The notes beneath the pieces were generated by a model that was given only the letters and a program-made list of their open reading frames with translations, made no database searches and had not been told where the DNA came from. From Minisyncoccia bacterium (GTDB lineage Bacteria; Patescibacteriota; Minisyncoccia; Phycocordibacterales; UBA9973), in contig JBBRTD010000003.1 of assembly GCA_038244685.1 (NCBI GenBank), positions 3,944 through 67,943 on the forward strand: 64,000 bases of DNA. The letters are read 5' to 3'. Each line of letters starts with the position of its first letter. Position 1 is the stretch's first letter. The translations under genes and the position numbers were made by a program. Shown here one piece after another: positions 1-9,976 of the stretch.

Positions 1-1
1 A

Positions 2-685
2 GATCCACTATTTTCAGATTTACTAAAAGACGACAAAGTTTTTGATGATATTTTTGATGAGTCAATAATTAAAATATTTAAACCAGGAATGGTGCTTGAG
101 GGTGGCTCAATTGATACAAATGGAAATGGAACTATTCTTACTACAGAACAGTGTCTTCTTAATCCAAATAGAAATAGAGAGCTTAACAAGGAGCAAATTG
201 AAATAAATTTAAAAAATTATTTGGGTTTAGATAATATAATTTGGCTTAAGGAAGGTATTGTGAACGATCACACAGATGGACATATAGATGAGATAGCTAG
301 ATTTGTTAGTTCTAGTGTAATTGTTTGCGCATATGAGGATGATAAAAAAGATCCAAATTATTCTATTCTCGATAATAATTTTAAAGTTTTAGAAAATGCA
401 TTAAATAAAGATGGCAGTAAATTTAATATTATTAAACTTCCTATGCCGCACATGGATTATGACAATGGAGAAAAGGCTCCCGTTTCATATACAAATTTTT
501 ATATAGGTAATTCTGTCGTTTTAATGTCTATATTTAATGATTCAAACGATAAAAAAGCTATGGATATAATTCAATCATTATTTCAAAATCATAAAGTAAT
601 TGGAATTGATTGTTCAAAAATAATTTATGGAGGAGGTGCTATTCATTGCATAACAATGCAAGAAATAGACGATGAATCAAATTAA
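2..685 (+). CDS. aguA: agmatine deiminase (porphyranase-type amidinotransferase fold), 5'-truncated by window edge
   Basis: Reading frame is open from the window edge. C-terminal GGGAIHCITMQ motif is typical of agmatine/peptidylarginine deiminase family. Confidence 0.65.
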   Translation, partial: DPLFSDLLKDDKVFDDIFDESIIKIFKPGMVLEGGSIDTNGNGTILTTEQCLLNPNRNRELNKEQIEINLKNYLGLDNIIWLKEGIVNDHTDGHIDEIARFVSSSVIVCAYEDDKKDPNYSILDNNFKVLENALNKDGSKFNIIKLPMPHMDYDNGEKAPVSYTNFYIGNSVVLMSIFNDSNDKKAMDIIQSLFQNHKVIGIDCSKIIYGGGAIHCITMQEIDDESN

Positions 686-741
686 ATAAAAGTAACTATA
701 TATTTTACAATTAATTATTTAGTGGTATTATTATTTTATAT

Positions 742-1797
742 ATGAAAAATATTTCAGAGGATAAGCCTATTTTTATTAAGAGTGATAAATTAGTGAAAGA
801 ATTCCTTAAAAAAAATCCACGTATTGTTTATGTGGATGCGTTTGATAGCCAGCTTGGAGAATTATTTTTTATTAAAAACCATAATTTCATCGGGGAGAAT
901 AAAATTAAAGTATACGAAGGAGAATCTTTTCTTAAGTTTGTTAAAAAATATGAAAAGAAGTATACGCATGTTTACTTTTCTTGGAACAATACCTTAGTTA
1001 AAACAATAACTAAAAATGATTATTTAGTTCTTAAAACAAACCGTAATCAGGATTTAATAACCAAAGAAGAACAGGAAAAATTATCCAACTTAAAAATTGG
1101 AGTTTTTGGTATGAGCGTTGGAAGTAATATTGCCATTGTTCTTACCCAGGCTGGAATATCAAACACAATTACAATCGCTGACTTTGATAATCTAGAGACA
1201 ACAAATTTAAATAGAATACTTGGTGGAGTTCATCAGATCGGGCTTAACAAAACCATTGTCGCTTCTCGTCGTATTTATGAGGACAATCCTTTTGCTAAGG
1301 TTAATTTAATGTCAAAGGGCGTTAATGCTAAAAATCTTGAGATATTGTTCAAAAATAAAAAATTAGACTATATAATAGAGGAAATTGATGACTTTTTAAT
1401 GAAAATAGAAATCCGTGTTCTAGCAAGGAAATATAAAATACCCGTGATAATGATTACAGATAATGGAGATGGTATTGTATTGCATATAGAACGTTATGAT
1501 TTAGGTTATAATAAAATTTTTGATAAAGATTTATCTTACTGGCAAGAGTTAAAAGATAAGAAGTTAAATCGTTCAGATATGGGTCAGATCATAATGAATG
1601 ATATCGTTGGAGGAATAGATAAGGTTGATCCTAAAATGTTTTCTTCTGTTAAAAGAGTAATCAATAAAGAACTTGTATCGTGGCCACAGTTAGGAAGTGC
1701 AGCAATTCTAGGTGGAGTTGTCGCTACGTATGCGGTTAAAGAAATTCTTAATAGTTCAAAATTATACATAAGTAAAAATTTTAACCTTTCTATATGA
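742..1797 (+). CDS. ThiF/MoeB/E1-like adenylyltransferase with ~110-aa N-terminal extra domain
   Basis: Rossmann motif GVFGMSVGSNIAIVLTQAGISNTITIADFDNLETTNLNRI matches the E1/ThiF nucleotide-binding fold. No CxxC. TGA stop coupled to the next ATG. Confidence 0.6.
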   Translation: MKNISEDKPIFIKSDKLVKEFLKKNPRIVYVDAFDSQLGELFFIKNHNFIGENKIKVYEGESFLKFVKKYEKKYTHVYFSWNNTLVKTITKNDYLVLKTNRNQDLITKEEQEKLSNLKIGVFGMSVGSNIAIVLTQAGISNTITIADFDNLETTNLNRILGGVHQIGLNKTIVASRRIYEDNPFAKVNLMSKGVNAKNLEILFKNKKLDYIIEEIDDFLMKIEIRVLARKYKIPVIMITDNGDGIVLHIERYDLGYNKIFDKDLSYWQELKDKKLNRSDMGQIIMNDIVGGIDKVDPKMFSSVKRVINKELVSWPQLGSAAILGGVVATYAVKEILNSSKLYISKNFNLSI

Positions 1798-2876
1798 AAA
1801 AACAAAAGATAAGTATTAAATTAGATAAAAAAATATTTAATTTAATGCCTGAATTCGACAATCATTTACTTGTCTTTCATCTTCAGGATGATGAATCTAA
1901 ACTAGATAGTTATGTTGCTATACATAGAATAAACGGCTCACTGCCTTCTTTTGGTGCTACAAGACTTCTAGATTATTCTTCAAACGAGGAAGCGATTAGA
2001 GATGCATTAAAATTATCTAAATTAATGTCATACAAAAGTGCCATGGCGGGTCTTCCTTATGGTGGTGCCAAGGCTGTAATTATTAGACCAAAGGGTGATT
2101 TTTCTAGAGAAAAATTACTCGAATCATATGCAAGAGGTTTAAATGAATTAAAAGGTAAGTTTATTACAGGTACAGATGTAGGTTTAACTGTTTCAGATTT
2201 GGTTCATATGAAGCAATATACAAAATATTTGGTTGGGTATTTAGCTAATCCAGAGAAGGCGACAGCCTTAGGAATTTCCAAATCATTAGATATAGCCCTA
2301 GACTATGTATATAAAGATACTGAATATTCTAGACATTCATTTTCAATACAAGGAGTAGGGAAAGTCGGATTTGAACTTCTTAAAATTCTTATTGATGGAG
2401 GAGCAAGAGATATTTATGTTGCAGATATTGATAAAAAGAAAATTAAAGAAATAGTTAAAGAATATCCTTTTATTAAGGTGGTAAATACTAATATAATTCA
2501 TAAGCAAGAAGTAGATGTCTATTGTCCTTGTGCTCTCTCTGGTGCATTAAATACTAAGACAATTAAAGAATTGAAATGCAAGATAGTGGTTGGGTCAGCT
2601 AATAATCAGCTAGAGTGCGCTTCTTCTTGTGAAGATTTGCACAAAAGAGGTATTGTCTATTGTCCAGACTATATAGCAAATTCTGGAGGATTAATTTCGA
2701 TTATTAATGAGTATAGATATGGTAAATTAAAAAATATTCAATTAACTAAAAATATTAAAAATATTGCAATTATTCTAAAAAAAGTTTTATTGGAAAGTAA
2801 AAAGAAAATGGTATCTCCGTTTGTAATATCTGAGAGCATGGGGTTGTCTATTATTAAGAAGAATTCTTCGAAATAA
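1794..2876 (+). CDS. Glu/Leu/Phe/Val dehydrogenase family protein (Leu/Phe dehydrogenase-like)
   Basis: PYGGAKAVI catalytic Lys motif and GVGKVGFELLKILIDGGARDIYVADID NAD-binding fold. Length 360 aa. Confidence 0.65.
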   Translation: MKKQKISIKLDKKIFNLMPEFDNHLLVFHLQDDESKLDSYVAIHRINGSLPSFGATRLLDYSSNEEAIRDALKLSKLMSYKSAMAGLPYGGAKAVIIRPKGDFSREKLLESYARGLNELKGKFITGTDVGLTVSDLVHMKQYTKYLVGYLANPEKATALGISKSLDIALDYVYKDTEYSRHSFSIQGVGKVGFELLKILIDGGARDIYVADIDKKKIKEIVKEYPFIKVVNTNIIHKQEVDVYCPCALSGALNTKTIKELKCKIVVGSANNQLECASSCEDLHKRGIVYCPDYIANSGGLISIINEYRYGKLKNIQLTKNIKNIAIILKKVLLESKKKMVSPFVISESMGLSIIKKNSSK

Positions 2877-2881
2877 AAATT

Positions 2882-4408
2882 ATGAATCCATACATACAAA
2901 AGGAACTTAAAGATAGAAACATTTTTTTAAATGAACTTTGTAGTAATGATTCATCTCATTGGGAAAAAAGAGGCGAAAATATGGCATTTAAATTGTTTAA
3001 GGAAATGTCAAAAAGGGTACCTGCTTATAAAAAATTTCTTAAAGAAAATAAAATAAATCCTGATAATATAAAAAGTTTTAAAGATACTTTGATTATTCCT
3101 TCAATTGATAAAGAAAATTATTTAAGAAAATATGAACTAAGAGAAATGTGCTGGGATGGTATTTTTGATAAAAATTCGTGGGTAATATCCTCAACATCTG
3201 GATCAACCGGCGAGCCTTTTTACTTTCCTAGGAATGATGAGCAGGATTTGCTTTATTCGCTTACCGCCGAACTATATCTTATTACAAATTTTAATATAAA
3301 TAAAAAATCAACACTATATATAGATGCTTTTCCAATGGGGCCATGGATAGGTGGACTTTTCACTTATCAGGCTGTTAAACACATAGCCCAAAGAGGAAAA
3401 TATAATATAAGTATCATTACAACAAGTATTGATAAAAACGAGATAATAAAAGCAGTTAAGAAATTTGGTAAAATGTTTGACCAAATAATAATTGGAAGCT
3501 ATGGCCCTTTTTTAAAGGATACACTTGAGGATGGTATAAACCAAAATGTTAATTGGAAGGATTATGATATTAAGTTTATTTTCTCAGCAGAAGGTTTTTC
3601 TGAAAAATTTAGGGATTATGTATTAGAAACAACTGGACATCCTGGCTGTTTTGAAAGAACTTTGAATCATTATGGGACGGTAGATTTAGGGACTATGGCC
3701 TACGAGACTCCACTCGCTATTAAAATTCGTCGTACTTTGTTGGAAAATGCTGATGCATACCAAGATATATTTGGTTTAAATAAAAAAATTCCAACATTAT
3801 GCCAGTACATACCAGAACATTTTTATTTTCATAAATCGAACAATGGTAGCGGCCTCTTATGCTCTTCTTTTAGTGGTTTACCTCTTTTTAAGTATGATCT
3901 CAAGGATAATGGTGGAATTATTCAGTATGATGAAGCAATAAAACTTTTAGATAAAAATAAATTAGACTCAAAAATGATATTAAAAGATGCTCATATTCCA
4001 AAAAAGTCTATTTGGAAATTACCCTTTGTTTATATATTTGAAAGAAATGATTTCTCTGTCAGTTTTTATGCTTTTCAGATATATCCAGATACCATAAGAA
4101 AAGCTATTCAAATAGATGAAATGGAACATAAAATAACCGGTAAGTTTACAATGCAAGTTGATTATGATAATAAGAATAATCAAAAATTATTAATACACAT
4201 TGAATTATCTGCCAATGAGCCATCATCAGATATATTAAAAAACATATTAATTAAATTAATAACGAAGTTACTTGTTTTAGAAAACTCAGAATATGCTAAG
4301 ACATACAAAGAAAAAGGTGATCTTATTCATCCTGAAATTATATTTCACAGATATGAAGACGCTCAGTATTTTAAGGCGGGTATAAAACAAAAATGGGTAA
4401 AAAAATAA
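2882..4408 (+). CDS. PaaK/CapK/F390-synthetase-like adenylate-forming ligase
   Basis: STSGSTGEPFYFP AMP-binding motif. Overall PaaK-like architecture, but longer than PaaK (508 aa). Confidence 0.55.
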   Translation: MNPYIQKELKDRNIFLNELCSNDSSHWEKRGENMAFKLFKEMSKRVPAYKKFLKENKINPDNIKSFKDTLIIPSIDKENYLRKYELREMCWDGIFDKNSWVISSTSGSTGEPFYFPRNDEQDLLYSLTAELYLITNFNINKKSTLYIDAFPMGPWIGGLFTYQAVKHIAQRGKYNISIITTSIDKNEIIKAVKKFGKMFDQIIIGSYGPFLKDTLEDGINQNVNWKDYDIKFIFSAEGFSEKFRDYVLETTGHPGCFERTLNHYGTVDLGTMAYETPLAIKIRRTLLENADAYQDIFGLNKKIPTLCQYIPEHFYFHKSNNGSGLLCSSFSGLPLFKYDLKDNGGIIQYDEAIKLLDKNKLDSKMILKDAHIPKKSIWKLPFVYIFERNDFSVSFYAFQIYPDTIRKAIQIDEMEHKITGKFTMQVDYDNKNNQKLLIHIELSANEPSSDILKNILIKLITKLLVLENSEYAKTYKEKGDLIHPEIIFHRYEDAQYFKAGIKQKWVKK

Positions 4409-4411
4409 ATT

Positions 4412-5485
4412 ATGAACATTGATTTAATAAAAAAAATAATAGAATATGGAGTGCAAGCTCCTTCTGGGGATAATTCTCAACCTTGGAAATTTGTAATTAC
4501 TGATAGAAATGAAATTATGCTTTACAATTTATCCGACAAAGATAATCCTATTTTAAATGTACACGAAGGAGGTTCTTTGATATCACATGGAGCTGTAATT
4601 CAAAATATTAAAATCGCTGCTGATAACTTTGGTTACAAAACTATTGTTTCTTACCTGCCAAATATTTTAGATAAAGACCTAATTGCTATTATTTCTTTTT
4701 TGGATAATAAAGAAAAAAATAAAGCATATGAATTGAGTTTATTTAACTCTATACATAGACGTTGTACAAATAGGAATCATTATGAAAAAGATTTAGATAT
4801 TAATGCCATAACCGAGTTACAAAAAACAGTCGAATCTTTTAATTTTAAGGTTATTATATTTGATAATCAAAAAGATAAAGATTTAGTCTCTTCTTGTATT
4901 TGCATGAGCGAAGAAATTATTCTTCAAACAAAAGAGTTGCATGAATTACTTTTTGCTGATGTTGCTTGGACCAAAAAAGAGGAATCAATAAAACGACATG
5001 GATTATTTGTTAAAACTTTAGAATTTAATCCTGTGCAACTCTTTGTTTTTTGGTTGTGCCGTAAGTGGAAGAATATATCTTTTTTAAATCAAAAAATAGG
5101 ATTTGCTCATATTGTAGGTAATCAAAACGCCGATATTTATAGATCAAGCGGCATACTCGGGCTGATAATTATTCCTAGTACTGAAAGGATAAATTATCTT
5201 AGGGCAGGGGAATTATTACAGCAAATATGGCTTAAATCAACTCAATTAAACTTAAGTTTTCAGCCTATTACAGGTCTATTTTTCCTAAATGAAAGAATTA
5301 AAGTATTTGGGGATAGTCCTATCTCTAAAGAAAATAGCAAAAAAATATCCGACGCATATAATACTTTAAAGAATTTAAGCGCGATAAATGATAGTGATAT
5401 CATTTTAACTTCATTTAGAATAGGAAAATCCAAAGAATCTAGTGGTAGGTCTTCTAGACTTAAGCCTAATATTATATTAAATTAA
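4412..5485 (+). CDS. Two-domain nitroreductase-family flavoprotein (SagB-like size)
   Basis: N-terminal APSGDNSQPWKF nitroreductase signature. 357 aa suggests a tandem/extended nitroreductase fold. Confidence 0.6.
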   Translation: MNIDLIKKIIEYGVQAPSGDNSQPWKFVITDRNEIMLYNLSDKDNPILNVHEGGSLISHGAVIQNIKIAADNFGYKTIVSYLPNILDKDLIAIISFLDNKEKNKAYELSLFNSIHRRCTNRNHYEKDLDINAITELQKTVESFNFKVIIFDNQKDKDLVSSCICMSEEIILQTKELHELLFADVAWTKKEESIKRHGLFVKTLEFNPVQLFVFWLCRKWKNISFLNQKIGFAHIVGNQNADIYRSSGILGLIIIPSTERINYLRAGELLQQIWLKSTQLNLSFQPITGLFFLNERIKVFGDSPISKENSKKISDAYNTLKNLSAINDSDIILTSFRIGKSKESSGRSSRLKPNIILN

Positions 5486-5489
5486 TTAA

Positions 5490-7133
5490 ATGATTAATTT
5501 CGATATCAAACTAATTGCTGTAGGTTTATCAATACTAGCAAGCATTATCATATCTTTTATTGTTTTATTAAATAATAAAAATTCCGATACAAATAAAACC
5601 TTTTTTGCATTTACATTAGCAACTATATTTTGGGGTATTATTAATTATTTAAATTCACAAATAAACTTTCCAAATGAGAAAATTGCATTGTTATTTCTGC
5701 GCTTAAATTTATTCTTCGGCCTATGGCAGTCCTTTTTCCTTTATAGATTTTTTGTTATTTTTCCAAAAATTAAAGTAGAGAAAAAATGGTGGAATTCATT
5801 TGTAGTTTTACCTCTTATGTTTTTTACTTCTATACTTATTTTTACTCCACTTGTATTTTCAAAAGTTATTAGTTTTTCTACTGATGGGCACATAATAAGT
5901 GTTTCGAATGGACCTAGTATTCTTATTTTTGGAATATTAGCAACTGGATTGGTAATTGCTGGGATAATTATTATTTTCAATAAATTTGTTAAATATACTG
6001 GAGATGAAAAAATTCAAACTAGGCTTATTTTGAATGGTTCATTTTTGATGTTTTTGCTTATAATAATATTTAATTTCATACTACCAACATTCTTTGATAA
6101 TTCTACTTATGTTTCGGTTGCTGCAGTGTTTGCAATACCGTTTCTTATCTTAACAGGCTATTCAATTTTAAAGTATCACTTATTCAGTGTTAAGATTATT
6201 GCGACTGAGCTAATTACATTCATATTATGGATCTTTATATTTATAAGAGCATTAATGGCTAATTCTTTACAAGAGAAAGTTGTTAATGGTATTTTATTTG
6301 TTATTGTTGTAATCGTTGGTTTATTGCTTATTAAAAGCGTTCGCAAGGAAGTTGAACAACGTGAAAGGTTAGAAGTCCTTAGGTTAAAACTAGAGGAAAC
6401 TAATACAAGTTTAGAAAATGCCAATGTGAAGTTGAAAAGTTTGGATAAGCTTAAGACAGAGTTCGTTTCTCTTGCGTCACATCAACTACGTAGCCCTTTA
6501 ACTGCTATTAAAGGCTATGCTTCGATGCTGTCTGAAGGAGATTACGGTGAGGTTAGTAAGGAAGCTAAGGATGCTGTTATGCGTATTTATCAATCATCAA
6601 TAAATCTAACTACAGTTGTTGAAGATTTGTTAAATGTAACCAAAATAGAATCTGGTGGCATGCAGTATACCATGGCTTCTTTCGACTTATCAAAAGTTGC
6701 AGAGGATGAGGCAAAAGATTTATCTATTACAGCAGAGAAAAGAGGATTAAAACTCAATTATAATTCTGATGGTGAGAATCTATGTATGGTAAACGGCGAT
6801 AAGGAAAAAATAAGACAAGTTATTATTAATTTTATAGATAATTCAATTAAATATACAAAAGAAGGAAGTATTGATGTCTCTGTTAAAAATAACAATAATA
6901 AAGTTATTTTTTGTGTTAAGGATACAGGTATGGGTATGACACAAGAAATAAAAGAAGGTCTATTCCATAAATTTGCTCGCGGTGACGGAGCTCGTATGAA
7001 TACTACAGGCTCAGGGCTTGGCTTATATTTAGCCAAAGAGATTGCACTGGCGCATAAAGGGCGTGTCTGGGTGGAATCTGAAGGAATAGGGAAAGGTTCA
7101 TCTTTCTATTTAGAATTAGATACCGTTAAATAA
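5490..7133 (+). CDS. Sensor histidine kinase with large polytopic N-terminal membrane domain
   Basis: About 8 predicted TM helices. HisKA H-box FVSLASHQLRSPLTAI. HATPase_c G-boxes DTGMGM and GSGLGL. Confidence 0.8.
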   Translation: MINFDIKLIAVGLSILASIIISFIVLLNNKNSDTNKTFFAFTLATIFWGIINYLNSQINFPNEKIALLFLRLNLFFGLWQSFFLYRFFVIFPKIKVEKKWWNSFVVLPLMFFTSILIFTPLVFSKVISFSTDGHIISVSNGPSILIFGILATGLVIAGIIIIFNKFVKYTGDEKIQTRLILNGSFLMFLLIIIFNFILPTFFDNSTYVSVAAVFAIPFLILTGYSILKYHLFSVKIIATELITFILWIFIFIRALMANSLQEKVVNGILFVIVVIVGLLLIKSVRKEVEQRERLEVLRLKLEETNTSLENANVKLKSLDKLKTEFVSLASHQLRSPLTAIKGYASMLSEGDYGEVSKEAKDAVMRIYQSSINLTTVVEDLLNVTKIESGGMQYTMASFDLSKVAEDEAKDLSITAEKRGLKLNYNSDGENLCMVNGDKEKIRQVIINFIDNSIKYTKEGSIDVSVKNNNNKVIFCVKDTGMGMTQEIKEGLFHKFARGDGARMNTTGSGLGLYLAKEIALAHKGRVWVESEGIGKGSSFYLELDTVK

Positions 7134-7145
7134 TAGTAATAAATT

Positions 7146-7174
7146 AAAAACACTATATTATATATAGTGTTTTT
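7146..7174. terminator. Bidirectional rho-independent terminator between histidine kinase (+) and cysS (-)
   Basis: Perfect 13-bp inverted repeat aaaaacactatat/atatagtgttttt with 3-nt loop, flanked by A and T runs. Confidence 0.65.
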
Positions 7175-7180
7175 AATTTA

Positions 7181-8563
7181 TTAAATTTTTGAAATTTCAC
7201 TAACGCCATCCATATCTTTTATTTCGAAACCTAAAGATTTAATTTGATGTCTTAATTCATCGCTTTTTGCCCAGTCTTTATTACTTCTCGCAATTGTCCT
7301 TTCTTGGACTAATTTTTTTATGTCTTCTGGTATTATGTTATCACTTTTTGCTCCTAAATTTAAACCAAGAACTTTGTCAAAATCAAGAATTGTTGCAAGT
7401 TTATCTTCGTTTGATATTCCATATTTAAAAACTTCTGCGACAGTAGATAGTGCTTTAGGCATATTTAAATCATCGTTGATATTTGAAATGAATCTTTCTT
7501 TAAGTTCAGCATTAACGGAGCCTATTTTTTCTCCTAATATTTTAATTTTATGAATTAAATTATTGTAACCATTAATTGCAGAAGTTAATACGTCATTATT
7601 CCATTCCATTTGCTTTCTGTAATGAACTCCGAAGGTTGCAAAACGATAAACCAAAGGATTAATATCTTTATCAATGAATTCACTTTTGATAGTTAAGAAA
7701 TTTCCAGTACTTTTCGCCATCTTTTCGCCATCTTTTAAGTTTAAAAATTCTCCATGTACCCAATAATTAACCCAAGGTTTTACTCCAGTAGCTGCTTCTG
7801 TTTGAGCAAGTTCATTTGTGTGATGTAAATCGATAAAATCAACACCTCCACAATGGATATCAAAATGAGTTCCAAGATATTTGACGCTCATGGCAGAACA
7901 CTCAATATGCCACCCAGGAAACCCTACACCCCAAGGGCTCTCCCATTCCATTTGTCTTTTTATGTTCTTTGGAGAAAATTTCCATAATGCGAAATCTGTA
8001 GCATTTTTTTTCTCGTCATTAATTTCAACTCTTGAACCTTCCTTAAGTGCTGATAAATTTTGATGTGAAAGTTTTGTATAGTCTGCTACTTTTGATGTAT
8101 CAAAATATATTCCATCGCTTGTGATATAAGTAAAACCTTTTTCTTCAAGTTGCATAATCATCTCTATCTGTTCATTAATGTTATCAGTTGCCTTGCAGAA
8201 TGTATTCGGAAAGATAATATTAAGATTCTTTAAATCCTCTTTAAATTTTATTGTATAGAATTCGGCAATTTCAAAAGCTGTCTTATTTTCTTTTTTTGAT
8301 TCTTTTTCAATTTTATCCTCGCCCATATCTCGATCTCCAGTTAAATGGCCTACATCTGTAATATTCATAATGTGATTAACAAGATAATTATTATAGCTTA
8401 AGACACGCTTTAGAATATCTTCAAATATATATGTGCGCATATTTCCTATATGGGCATAATTATAGACGGTTGGGCCACAGGTATATAAGCCTACATTGCT
8501 TTCTATGATAGGCTTGAATTCTTCTTTTTCCTTATTTAATGAATTATATATTTTTAGAGCCAT
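7181..8563 (-). CDS. cysS: Cysteinyl-tRNA synthetase
   Basis: HIGN (YNYAHIGNMRTY) and KMSKS (KMAKSTGN) class I motifs. CysS-specific domain order. Confidence 0.9.
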   Translation of the reverse strand: MALKIYNSLNKEKEEFKPIIESNVGLYTCGPTVYNYAHIGNMRTYIFEDILKRVLSYNNYLVNHIMNITDVGHLTGDRDMGEDKIEKESKKENKTAFEIAEFYTIKFKEDLKNLNIIFPNTFCKATDNINEQIEMIMQLEEKGFTYITSDGIYFDTSKVADYTKLSHQNLSALKEGSRVEINDEKKNATDFALWKFSPKNIKRQMEWESPWGVGFPGWHIECSAMSVKYLGTHFDIHCGGVDFIDLHHTNELAQTEAATGVKPWVNYWVHGEFLNLKDGEKMAKSTGNFLTIKSEFIDKDINPLVYRFATFGVHYRKQMEWNNDVLTSAINGYNNLIHKIKILGEKIGSVNAELKERFISNINDDLNMPKALSTVAEVFKYGISNEDKLATILDFDKVLGLNLGAKSDNIIPEDIKKLVQERTIARSNKDWAKSDELRHQIKSLGFEIKDMDGVSEISKI

Positions 8564-9465
8564 TTTTTTCTTTTAATATAAATAAACGCTAGTAAACTTG
8601 CCGCAAGCATTAAAACTAAGACTAGAGAGTAAGATTGAGTACTTTGCGACTGTAAAAACTTACTATTAATAACAAATATGTCTGAAATAATAGTTATAGG
8701 AGAAATAAGGAAGGTAATGATAGTTAATATCTTCATTGTTTCTTTTGTTTTATTTGCTAGGATTGAGTCGTTTGTGTCACGTAAATCATCTAGTATTTCT
8801 TTATGGCTATCAAGTGTCGATTGTGTTTTATTGTATTCACTGATAATTGCTGAAATATAATAACCAAATTTATCGCCAAAAAAATTCTTAGCGGCTAATT
8901 CAAATGAATTTAATACTTCCTTATGAAATCTAATTGCCTGACGAAAATCAAGTAGTGTTCTATTTATATTTGATAAGGAAGCAACCATTTTACCTTCCGA
9001 TCCTTCAAATATTTTATTCTCAACATCCTTCAAAAGAACGTTGACACCATTCAACTGATACCTAGTGTGAACGTATAAAGATTTTATTAGATGAAAAAAT
9101 AGAAAACCAGCATGATCGACATCCATTCTTTTTTCAAGAATTGCATCTACTTCAAAAGTTTTAGAAAATTCATGCAGAGAGTCAATCGGTTCATAGTGAG
9201 TTGTAATAATAAAATTATTACTAACTATAAAGTCTATTTCTTTTTCAATGCTTTTATTTCCATTGTGCGATATCTCTGGGAAATGGAGTATAAGATATAT
9301 AAAATTTGGATACAAATCAACTTTTGATTGGAAACTTACATTTTTCATTTCTTCTCCTACTATTGGTGGAATTGAATATCCTTCCATTATGTGGGTTAGT
9401 TCATCGGCGGTTGGGGATTCTAAATCTATCCAAGTTAACCCTTTGTATGTGTATTTTGAAATCAT
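8554..9465 (-). CDS. CorA-like divalent metal transporter (non-canonical VIN in place of GMN)
   Basis: Cytoplasmic N-domain plus two C-terminal TMs. Ends IKRKKWL like the CorA FKRKxWL tail. Loop motif reads FVIN instead of YGMN. Confidence 0.5.
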   Translation of the reverse strand: MISKYTYKGLTWIDLESPTADELTHIMEGYSIPPIVGEEMKNVSFQSKVDLYPNFIYLILHFPEISHNGNKSIEKEIDFIVSNNFIITTHYEPIDSLHEFSKTFEVDAILEKRMDVDHAGFLFFHLIKSLYVHTRYQLNGVNVLLKDVENKIFEGSEGKMVASLSNINRTLLDFRQAIRFHKEVLNSFELAAKNFFGDKFGYYISAIISEYNKTQSTLDSHKEILDDLRDTNDSILANKTKETMKILTIITFLISPITIISDIFVINSKFLQSQSTQSYSLVLVLMLAASLLAFIYIKRKKWL

Positions 9466-9570
9466 ATTCTTCTAGTATACAGTTCCGCTTGCTTTTTTCA
9501 AAACTTTTGTGTATTATAATACCTGTGGAAAACCTATGTATTTAGGTGTTCCTATATAATATATAAATAT

Positions 9571-9933
9571 ATGGCTATAGCAAAAAAAACAACAAAAGAT
9601 TTAAAGGAAGAGAACAAAGAATTCGCAGTAATTTTCACAGGTGGAAAGCAATACAAAGTCGCAGTTGGTGATGTTCTTAAGGTTGAAAAACTAGATGGAG
9701 ATTTCACAGCTGGAGATAAAATAATCTTTGATAAAGTTTTATTGGTAGACAACGGTGTAGATACTACAATTGGTACACCTTACATAGTAGGAGCTAAGGT
9801 AGAGTCATTATTCCAGAAATTAGGTAAACATAAAACAGTCACTGTAGTAAAATATAAACAAAAGAGCCGATATTTGAAGAAGAACGGACATAGACAGCCT
9901 TATGTCGAAGTTAAAATTTCAGCAATTAAATAA
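9571..9933 (+). CDS. rplU: 50S ribosomal protein L21 (short N-terminal extension)
   Basis: FAVIFTGGKQYKVAVGDVLKVEKL ... VTVVKYKQKSRYLKKNGHRQPYVEVKI is typical of L21. Confidence 0.85.
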   Translation: MAIAKKTTKDLKEENKEFAVIFTGGKQYKVAVGDVLKVEKLDGDFTAGDKIIFDKVLLVDNGVDTTIGTPYIVGAKVESLFQKLGKHKTVTVVKYKQKSRYLKKNGHRQPYVEVKISAIK

Positions 9934-9940
9934 ATCTTAA

Positions 9941-9976
9941 AAAATAAAACTCACGCAAGTGAGTTTTATTTTTTTA
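9941..9976. terminator. Rho-independent terminator shared by rplU (+) and recR (-)
   Basis: aaaactcac-gcaa-gtgagtttt hairpin followed by T9. Confidence 0.7.

Noticed and set aside
1584-1805. Antisense ORFs embedded in large genes (e.g. 1584-1805, 5741-5980, 6176-6424, 45800-46072, 46487-47029, 50122-50505, 56082-56570)
   Set aside because: Fully contained in the opposite strand of well-supported genes and of hydrophobic/low-complexity composition typical of AT-rich antisense frames.
9112-9545. Cluster of small plus-strand ORFs inside corA and its upstream region
   Set aside because: Overlap the CorA-like gene on the opposite strand. No motifs.
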